A stretch of DNA of 11,835 nt, from assembly GCA_030636885.1 (NCBI GenBank), contig DAOVVY010000015.1:1-11835 (forward strand), read 5' to 3'. The position numbers and the translations under genes were made by a program. Each line of letters starts with the position of its first letter. Position 1 is the stretch's first letter. Shown one piece after another: positions 6,306 to 11,835 of the stretch. This DNA comes from Candidatus Nanohaloarchaea archaeon (lineage in GTDB: Archaea > EX4484-52 > GLR71). The notes beneath the pieces were generated by a model. It ran no database searches, had not been told where the DNA came from, and worked only from the letters and a program-made list of their open reading frames with translations.

Positions 6306-7724
6306 ATGATAGGAATAATAGAAATAGTTGCAATATTAGCTGTAATTATTGTGATAGTTGCAGCTCTTTCATGGTATAAGATAGTACCACCAAGTGAAGC
6401 ACATCTAGTTGTGACACCAACAGAAAAGTTTGTTGTGTCGCCAGATGATAGTGTAAATACAAAAGGCAAAAGAAGTTATTTTGCTATATCTGGATGGATA
6501 CCTTTCATAGGTCGTTCTATTCGAGTTCTTGATGTAACAATCAAAGAAATAAGAGGTCAACAAGAGACATATGAAAAAGATCAAGCCCGATATATTGTAA
6601 AAACAAGTACTAAATACAGAATCAGTAACATCGAGGTTGCAGCAGAGAAATATATCTCTGAAACAGAACTTGAAGAACAATTAAAAGAAGTCATCCAAGC
6701 AGCAGTCAGAGAAGTCACAATCAAGTACGATGTTGTAAATGCTAGAGCAAAGAAACAACTTATGGATGAAGAAATAAAGAAAAGTATGGGTAAAGACTTT
6801 GAGATATGGGGTGTTGAACTTGTGAACTTCCAGCTTGTTGACTTTCAGGATACAGATGAATCAACAATTATTTCAGATATATCAAAGAGAAGAGAAGTTG
6901 AAATCTCGGCAGAGACAAGAGAAATGAATGCTGAAAAAAAGAAACAGGCAAGAATAAAAGAAGCTGAAGCTGAAGAAAAAGCTAGAGAAAGAGAGATTGC
7001 AAAGGAAAAAGTAATAGGTGAAAAAGAACAGAATAAGCTACAAGCTATATCAGAGCAACAAAAACTTGCTAAAGAAAAAGAATTTGCAGTCATCCGAGTA
7101 CAAACAATAAAACAGGCAGAGATTGATAAGGAAAAGAAAATTGTAGAAGCTAACATGGCAAAAGAAAAAGAAGAAATAATGAAAGAACAGAAACTACTTG
7201 AAGGACAAGGAGATAAGCTTAAACAAGAAGAACAGGCAAAAGGTACAGCTGCACCAATCAGAGAGATGGGTCTTGCTGAAGCTGAAGCTAAAGAGAAACT
7301 ACAAGCTGCACTGAACAAGTTTAGTGATGCTGCAATTCGTGCTTTAATTGCAGAGAAAGTTGTAGAAATGCAAGAGACGGTCGGTGTTGAGACAGCAAAA
7401 GCACTCGCTGGAGCAGATTTGAAAGTATTTGCCGGTGGTGATGGTGCAGGAAGTGATGGATTCAATTTAGGTAAATTAATATCTGCTATGTCAGTATCTA
7501 ATGAAGGAACAGCAGATGCTACATTGAACAAGATTGCAAGACCTAACGATCTTGGACTATCTGCACTTGGACTTAAAGCAATCCAAGAGAAAATTGAAAA
7601 ATCTACAGAAAAAGATAAAACTAAAAAGTCTATAAAAAAGGATGAAAAAGTTTCAAAAAATAAGCCAGACAACTATATGGATTTGAGCAAAGAAGTAGAC
7701 AAGACAAAGAAAAGGAACAATTGA
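6306..7724 (+). CDS. Flotillin-like SPFH/band-7 protein (YqiK/FloT-like) of 472 aa. Layout: N-terminal transmembrane segment, SPFH domain, then a long EA-rich coiled coil.
   Basis: N-terminal hydrophobic helix followed by 'YKIVPPSEAHLVVTP', the SPFH-entry motif of YqiK-type flotillins. The K/E/A-rich coiled coil with 'AEAEEKAREREIAKEK' repeats matches the flotillin EA-repeat region. Strong Shine-Dalgarno AGGTGA lies 5 nt upstream. This segment is locally richer in GC. Confidence 0.88.
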   Translation: MIGIIEIVAILAVIIVIVAALSWYKIVPPSEAHLVVTPTEKFVVSPDDSVNTKGKRSYFAISGWIPFIGRSIRVLDVTIKEIRGQQETYEKDQARYIVKTSTKYRISNIEVAAEKYISETELEEQLKEVIQAAVREVTIKYDVVNARAKKQLMDEEIKKSMGKDFEIWGVELVNFQLVDFQDTDESTIISDISKRREVEISAETREMNAEKKKQARIKEAEAEEKAREREIAKEKVIGEKEQNKLQAISEQQKLAKEKEFAVIRVQTIKQAEIDKEKKIVEANMAKEKEEIMKEQKLLEGQGDKLKQEEQAKGTAAPIREMGLAEAEAKEKLQAALNKFSDAAIRALIAEKVVEMQETVGVETAKALAGADLKVFAGGDGAGSDGFNLGKLISAMSVSNEGTADATLNKIARPNDLGLSALGLKAIQEKIEKSTEKDKTKKSIKKDEKVSKNKPDNYMDLSKEVDKTKKRNN

Positions 7725-7745
7725 AGAGATTTATCTCTTCATTTA
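7723..7745 (+). terminator. Hairpin GAAGAGAT-tt-ATCTCTTC (8-bp perfect stem) overlapping the flotillin stop codon and followed by ATTT. Candidate intrinsic terminator.
   Basis: A perfect inverted repeat is seen at 7723-7740. The downstream T tract is only 3 nt long, so terminator strength is uncertain. Confidence 0.45.
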
Positions 7746-7828
7746 AACCTGAAATGGACGCATCTTAATAGGGTGTGAATCTTCAAGCCGTGCGAACGAC
7801 ATGAAGACAAAATTGGACAATGGTGATT

Positions 7829-7847
7829 ACTGAGTTATCAGTACTGA
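7829..7847. promoter_or_regulatory. Operator-like site: inverted repeat ACTGA-gtta-TCAGT overlapping a perfect 10-bp palindrome TCAGTACTGA, about 100 bp upstream of the alarmone-hydrolase gene.
   Basis: Seen directly; the palindrome was checked base by base. A perfect GC-containing palindrome is unusual against the AT-rich background. Confidence 0.3.
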
Positions 7848-7947
7848 ATAATATCTCCATTGATGAATCAGTTTAAAGTACGGCAGTTCCACTGTGCTTT
7901 TAACTCCAATCCACAGGAATTTAAATAATATTAATAAGGTGAATAGA

Positions 7948-8364
7948 ATGAAAGAAAATAAAGAAATGAATTTTAAAGAAGCGTTGGAATTAGCTACAAA
8001 ATATCACAAAGGACAGAAACGGTGGGGTGGAGAAGAGTACATAACACACCCAATAGCAGTAGCAGACAGATTTGAGCATGAAGATTATAAGATTGTAGCA
8101 ATATTGCATGATATATTAGAAGATACGAAAATGACAGTATTCGAACTTATAGACACGCATAACCTTAACTCATTCCTGTGTCTGTCAGTAGTTGCTATAA
8201 CAAAGAGAAAAGGACAAAATTATCTTGATTACATTCTACAGGTGAAAAGAAGTGAAATAGCGACTGCGGTCAAGATAGAGGATCTGAAACATAATCTGTC
8301 TGACTTGAAAGATGGTTCTATGAAAGATAAGTATATACTTGCACTATATATTCTCAAGAACTAA
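7948..8364 (+). CDS. HD-domain (p)ppGpp hydrolase-like small alarmone hydrolase (SpoT/RelA hydrolase-domain / Mesh1 family) of about 138 aa.
   Basis: 'ATKYHKGQKRWGGEEYITHPIAVA' (the H...R..GE.YI.HP box), 'AILHDILEDT' (the HD motif), 'VVAITKRKG...Y' and 'VKIEDLKHNLSDL' (the K.ADRLHN box) are collinear with the SpoT hydrolase-domain motifs. The ATG at 7948 has an AAGGTGA Shine-Dalgarno sequence 5 nt upstream. The ORF track extends the start to the GTG at 7894. Confidence 0.8.
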   Translation: MKENKEMNFKEALELATKYHKGQKRWGGEEYITHPIAVADRFEHEDYKIVAILHDILEDTKMTVFELIDTHNLNSFLCLSVVAITKRKGQNYLDYILQVKRSEIATAVKIEDLKHNLSDLKDGSMKDKYILALYILKN

Positions 8365-8504
8365 AAAGGTAATTTGATTTATATATTACTCATTTCGACA
8401 GTAAATAGTATTATCTGAAAAATGAAGTATCAATAACAGTAATATTGTTGTTGTTTTCCACATTTATATATACTTATCCCACCAAAATAGTATCAGTGAA
8501 ACGC

Positions 8505-8702
8505 ATGGGTCAGGATGAAGTTCTTAAAACTCTAAGAAAAAACCAAAATTGGATGACAATAAAAGAATTGATTGAGGAAACAGGATTGAAAAAGAATTGT
8601 ATACAGACTTCATGTAGGAAATTATATGAAACAAGATTTGCTGATAGAAAAGTGGTAGACATTAATCCGACTACTTATGCGTACAAAATAATCAAAAAGT
8701 AA
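8505..8702 (+). CDS. Small winged-HTH DNA-binding protein of about 65 aa ('MTIKELIEETGLKKNCIQTSCRKLYE...').
   Basis: The ORF is 8445..8702 in the ORF track; the internal Met at 8505 fits better with the upstream TATA-like 'catttatatatact' box. It has a helix-turn-helix-like core plus a C-terminal wing. The start is uncertain. Confidence 0.5.
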   Translation: MGQDEVLKTLRKNQNWMTIKELIEETGLKKNCIQTSCRKLYETRFADRKVVDINPTTYAYKIIKK

Positions 8703-8708
8703 TGATTT

Positions 8709-8930
8709 ATGGAAGCTAAGAAATTTATAAGTTCAAAAAAAGATGGAGAATATGAAATCAAGAAGTTTCATGTAACAGATATACCAGTGAACAGAAACTC
8801 ATTAATTGATGTATGTGAAAAGTTTGATGATAATGAAGAAGCATATTGTGTTGGTATAATTATAGATATCAATGGCGAGATTGTTTGTGTTGAGATTGAT
8901 AAGCTAATCCCTATACACTTAAAAATATGA
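8709..8930 (+). CDS. Hypothetical 73-aa protein.
   Basis: The ORF lies 6 nt after the upstream stop on the same strand. No recognised domain. Confidence 0.45.
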   Translation: MEAKKFISSKKDGEYEIKKFHVTDIPVNRNSLIDVCEKFDDNEEAYCVGIIIDINGEIVCVEIDKLIPIHLKI

Positions 8931-9179
8931 TTGAAGAAGCAGATGAAGAAGATTATGTTGAAGATATCAAAGAAGTATTAAAATGTATAAAAGGTTATGA
9001 AGGCTATGATATCTGGTTATGAATATGTCAGTATGGGTGGAAAATGTGTTCCACAATCCGAATATGTAGTAAGGATTAAACTCCTGAACAGTTCATATTG
9101 GAGATATGTACCTTGAATCGGGCATACTTGTAGGTGAAAATCCTGCTACCGACACTAATAATTATTAAAAGTGATTGAT

Positions 9180-9656
9180 ATGGAAAATACATGGAAAAAA
9201 AGAAAAAGATTATACTGTCAGAATTGTGGACAGTTAACAAGAGTTAAATATAAACCGCAAAAGGTATGTTTAAATTGTAAAGGTTCAACATTCGTGGACA
9301 GAACAAACAATAAAGTATATCATGTAGCTGAAGATAGTAAACCTAAATTGACTAAACCTGACCTCACAACAGGACTCAAGTGTGCATTCGATACGGCAAG
9401 TGATGATCTGAACAAGATGTACCAATCAATTGATAATCTTATTATGTACCTTAGCAATGAAAATGGTATCAGCGATGAAACTAAACTCAAAACTATAGAC
9501 AAATATGAAAAGATAAGTGTAGATATACGCCAGATAATAGAATCGCTTAAAGAGTATGATAATACAATCATTCAGGCGAAAATACTATCCTCTAAAGAGA
9601 TTGCACAAAGAGAAAAACTTAAACTAATTATTGACTGTTCGGTGGTGGAAAGGTAG
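9180..9656 (+). CDS. Zinc-ribbon (CQNCG...CLNCKG) plus coiled-coil protein of about 158 aa.
   Basis: The ATG at 9180 sits in the context AAAGTGATTGATATGG, the same extended ribosome-binding context as the 177-aa gene at 2551. The ORF track starts it at the GTG at 9171. An N-terminal four-Cys ribbon is followed by a heptad-rich C-terminus. Confidence 0.6.
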   Translation: MENTWKKRKRLYCQNCGQLTRVKYKPQKVCLNCKGSTFVDRTNNKVYHVAEDSKPKLTKPDLTTGLKCAFDTASDDLNKMYQSIDNLIMYLSNENGISDETKLKTIDKYEKISVDIRQIIESLKEYDNTIIQAKILSSKEIAQREKLKLIIDCSVVER

Positions 9657-9662
9657 ATTGAT

Positions 9663-9977
9663 ATGATATTCAAACCAGAACACAAAAAAATGATACTTGA
9701 CGGAAATAAAACAGCTACTCGCAGAATTTGGAAGAAACCAATGGTTAAAGTTGGCGGAGTATACAAAGCAAAGCTGAAAATGTTATCTACAGACTATTTC
9801 GCTAAGATAAAGGTGAAAAAGTTGTATAAACAAAGATTATGTGACATGACAGACAAAGATGCAAACAAAGAAGGATATGACACAGTTACAGCATTTAAAC
9901 ATATATGGATAGAGATTAATAGTTCTTGGGATGATAATTGTGTCGTTGATGTAATAGAATTTGAGATTATCAAATAG
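9663..9977 (+). CDS. ASCH-domain protein (PUA-like fold) of 104 aa.
   Basis: 'MIFKPEHKKMILDGNKTATRRIW' matches the N-terminal ASCH signature (hydrophobic-x-K..Y...I..G.KT.E.R). An AAAGGTAGATTGAT Shine-Dalgarno-like sequence lies upstream. The gene sits 6 nt after the previous stop. Confidence 0.7.
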   Translation: MIFKPEHKKMILDGNKTATRRIWKKPMVKVGGVYKAKLKMLSTDYFAKIKVKKLYKQRLCDMTDKDANKEGYDTVTAFKHIWIEINSSWDDNCVVDVIEFEIIK

Positions 9978-9991
9978 GTCGTGGTATATGA

Positions 9992-10396
9992 GTGGATGAA
10001 AACAATATTAATGATGAAAAACAGGATTATAATGTATCTAAATTCTTTGTTATAGGATTAGTTATAGTCTTGTTATTAGTTATATTTGTAATACCAACAA
10101 TTAGTGTTTTATCTATTGTTGTATCAATACCACCAGACCATAATACTGTTAATGTTATACCAAGTAGAATCACTATTTATCAGGATTATACACGCAATAT
10201 AAAAAAAATGTCTTATGGTAACACAGAGGTATATATAAAATTATTCAAATCATCCAGTGGTAAGAACTTGTATAAATCTTCTAATGTTTCACAAGGAACT
10301 TGGATAATAAATACATTCCTTCCTGTTTCTAAAGGTGATATAGTAAATATTGAGATACAAGATTATAATTTTACAAAAATGATCCCTATTGTCTAA
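9992..10396 (+). CDS. Membrane-anchored protein of 134 aa: N-terminal transmembrane helix (FFVIGLVIVLLLVIFVIPTISVLSIVVSI) plus a beta-rich extracytoplasmic domain.
   Basis: The ORF has a GTG start, so the start is uncertain. A long hydrophobic segment is followed by a polar, N/S/T/Y-rich domain. Confidence 0.55.
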   Translation: MDENNINDEKQDYNVSKFFVIGLVIVLLLVIFVIPTISVLSIVVSIPPDHNTVNVIPSRITIYQDYTRNIKKMSYGNTEVYIKLFKSSSGKNLYKSSNVSQGTWIINTFLPVSKGDIVNIEIQDYNFTKMIPIV

Positions 10397-10418
10397 TATA
10401 ATGTAGAAGTTGATTAAC

Positions 10419-10529
10419 ATGAAAAGAACGACAAAGGCAAGAGAACCATTAGATCCGCAGACATTGATTGTTATTATCCTGCTTATACTACTATTTCTAT
10501 TCCTGAGAGAACATGGAGTGTTTTGTTAA
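10419..10529 (+). CDS. Possible 36-aa hydrophobic micropeptide (MKRTTKAREPLDPQTLIVIILLILLFLFLREHGVFC).
   Basis: Translated by hand. It has a single transmembrane-like segment and no clear ribosome-binding site. It may be spurious. Confidence 0.2.
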   Translation: MKRTTKAREPLDPQTLIVIILLILLFLFLREHGVFC

Positions 10530-10886
10530 ATAATAGCCTTATTACATCAATTATTATTTAATCTTTTTCTATTTTTTATATCAAAACAGCTTTAAGTATA
10601 ACTAAAATATTGATATTATTTAAATAATTAAAAAATATATTTTTTATAAGAATTGCTTTTTTGTTCAAGTTAAGAGTCGTGAAATCTGATAATTTATTTT
10701 TTTAACATAGGTCATACTAAGTTATTATTATTCTTTGTTATATATAAAGCTATCGTTTTTTATAATTTTTATTAATTGTATAACCAACCCAATATATAAA
10801 TAAATATATTCATATTATTTAAATAAATAGTAATTATATATAGTAGTAGGACTAATTAAGTATTATAAAAGTTTGAATGTGATAAT
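10530..10886. promoter_or_regulatory. Extremely AT-rich non-coding block of about 357 bp. A 15-mer ATATTATTTAAATAA occurs twice, at 10613-10627 and 10812-10826, 199 bp apart, with the palindromic core ATTTAAAT and several A/T tracts. Candidate origin of replication and/or promoter hub for the downstream RHH/wHTH pair.
   Basis: It is the longest ORF-free stretch in the window. The repeats were checked by counting. A/T tracts plus repeated palindromic elements are typical of replication origins. This is inference only. Confidence 0.35.
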
Positions 10887-11348
10887 ATGAAACTGGTTAC
10901 AATCTCTATGAAAGACGAAATAACAGAACATTATAAGATCAAAAATCTTATAAAAAATAGGAAATTGAGCAAGACAATCAACGATTTACTTATGAAACAT
11001 ATACAATTAGAAAGTGTTGATGAAAAACCAATTGAAAAACCATACATATCATTACAAAAACAAGAATTTAAGATATTTACATATATGATTGATAACAAAA
11101 TAAATAATATAGACACTCAAACTTTTGCAAAAAGAGTATATAATAAAGGTTTATTCAGACAAAAGAAAAGAATACATGATACAGTTCATAGGATTATCGA
11201 TGAAACAGGTGTATATAAGGTAGATAATGGAATATTGTTTGTTAATATGATAAATTGTTCATGTGGTGCTAAATTATCACCTTTTGCATTAAAGAATTAT
11301 AGATGTTTAAAATGTGATAGACTATTGATTGGTATTGGTGAAAACTGA
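10887..11348 (+). CDS. 153-aa protein with an N-terminal ribbon-helix-helix-like segment ('KLVTISMKDEITEHYKIKNLIKNRKLSKTINDLLMKHI') and a C-terminal Cys4 zinc ribbon (CSCG...CLKCD).
   Basis: The ATG at 10887 has a GTGATAAT Shine-Dalgarno-like sequence. The RHH pattern is a beta-strand of alternating hydrophobics followed by two helices. The stop overlaps the next start (TGATG). Confidence 0.6.
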   Translation: MKLVTISMKDEITEHYKIKNLIKNRKLSKTINDLLMKHIQLESVDEKPIEKPYISLQKQEFKIFTYMIDNKINNIDTQTFAKRVYNKGLFRQKKRIHDTVHRIIDETGVYKVDNGILFVNMINCSCGAKLSPFALKNYRCLKCDRLLIGIGEN

Positions 11349-11686
11349 TGTATATATCGGAAGAGATGGAGATTGTAGTTGCGAGAGCAATTGTAAATAA
11401 TGGAATAATCAACGCAAACACGATTAAAAGTGTTTATAGTTCTGCAAGTAGAGATAAATGTTCAGGGATACTGAGAAAACTTGAATCAGCAGGATATATA
11501 AGACAAACAAAAAGTTTCGGTGTTTTTAGAGTTAGAGTAAAAGAAGTTAAATCAGGTAATGGATATAAGCTTTTATGGGCAGTTCCACAAGAGATTATTG
11601 ATATGGCGAATAACTTACAGGAGATTAGAGATACTAAAGATGTTGAGGAAAAATTACTTAAAAAATATAAGAAAGTAAATAATTAA
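11348..11686 (+). CDS. Winged-helix DNA-binding protein of 112 aa ('NTIKSVYSSASRDKCSGILRKLESAGYIRQ').
   Basis: The start overlaps the stop of the upstream gene by 1 nt, indicating translational coupling. A GGTGAAAA Shine-Dalgarno-like sequence lies upstream. It has a helix-turn-helix plus wing signature. Confidence 0.6.
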   Translation: MYISEEMEIVVARAIVNNGIINANTIKSVYSSASRDKCSGILRKLESAGYIRQTKSFGVFRVRVKEVKSGNGYKLLWAVPQEIIDMANNLQEIRDTKDVEEKLLKKYKKVNN

Positions 11687-11835
11687 TAATCAAATCTGAC
11701 ATACTCCCACCAATGAATTAGTGGGGTTCTAAGGTTGTCGGATTTCAAGACAGTGCCTTTTTAGGGATATCAGTGTTCCCTTTCAACAAATCACTTTCTT
11801 TACTGAATCGAGATATGCCCTGTTGGTGCAAATAC

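Noticed and set aside
6052-6680. Minus-strand ORFs 6052..6333, 6230..6469 and 6405..6680, overlapping the 72-aa gene and the flotillin gene start.
   Set aside because: They are antisense to genes that have strong ribosome-binding sites and recognisable domains. Their translations are hydrophobic or F/I-rich with no motifs.
6845-7672. 275-aa ORF on the minus strand, antisense to the flotillin gene.
   Set aside because: Its composition is low-complexity and S/A/F/L-rich, mirroring the K/E/A-rich coiled-coil codons on the sense strand. It has no ribosome-binding site or domain signal. It is an antisense shadow ORF.
11690-11835. Possible tRNA gene or fragment in the GC-richer terminal segment.
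   Set aside because: I could not assemble an acceptor stem, D-arm or T-arm (GTTCRANTC-like) in either strand by eye. The window ends here, so a partial tRNA cannot be excluded. It is not reported as a feature.

Overview
An AT-rich (about 28-30% GC) window of about 11.8 kb that reads as a compact accessory or mobile-element segment of a low-GC prokaryote. Most gene starts have strong GGTGA-type Shine-Dalgarno contexts; TATA-like 'TTTATATA' boxes sit upstream of operon starts, so a low-GC bacterium or a methanogenic archaeon are both possible. I cannot assign a host taxon from the sequence alone.

Left arm, positions 1-5900: a tyrosine integrase reading rightward, interrupted by an in-frame TAA stop, lies at the window edge. 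It converges on a long, tightly packed leftward operon running from 5899 down to 678. In transcription order the operon encodes: (1) two tiny proteins, one a zinc ribbon; (2) a stand-alone 68-aa HTH-like module protein; (3) a 906-aa DEAH-box SF2 helicase carrying four tandem, DNA-level 174-bp repeats that encode the same roughly 58-aa module, plus an uncharacterised C-terminal alpha/beta domain; (4) a basic 177-aa protein; (5) a 124-aa protein; (6) a 286-aa zinc-finger protein with a HicB-like domain.

Right arm, positions 6000-11700, all genes rightward: a small protein translationally coupled to a flotillin-like SPFH protein with its EA-rich coiled coil; a Mesh1/SpoT-type HD-domain small alarmone (p)ppGpp hydrolase; small winged-HTH regulators; a zinc-ribbon/coiled-coil protein; an ASCH-domain protein; a membrane protein; a roughly 350-bp extremely AT-rich non-coding block with a repeated 15-mer, which is a candidate origin or regulatory hub; and a translationally coupled RHH/zinc-ribbon plus winged-HTH pair. 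The last about 145 bp switch to higher GC and carry a hairpin, which may mark an element boundary.

No rRNA, tRNA or CRISPR array is supported. The items that most deserve a second look are the helicase operon with its intragenic repeat of HTH-like modules and stand-alone paralog, and the flotillin plus alarmone-hydrolase cargo.
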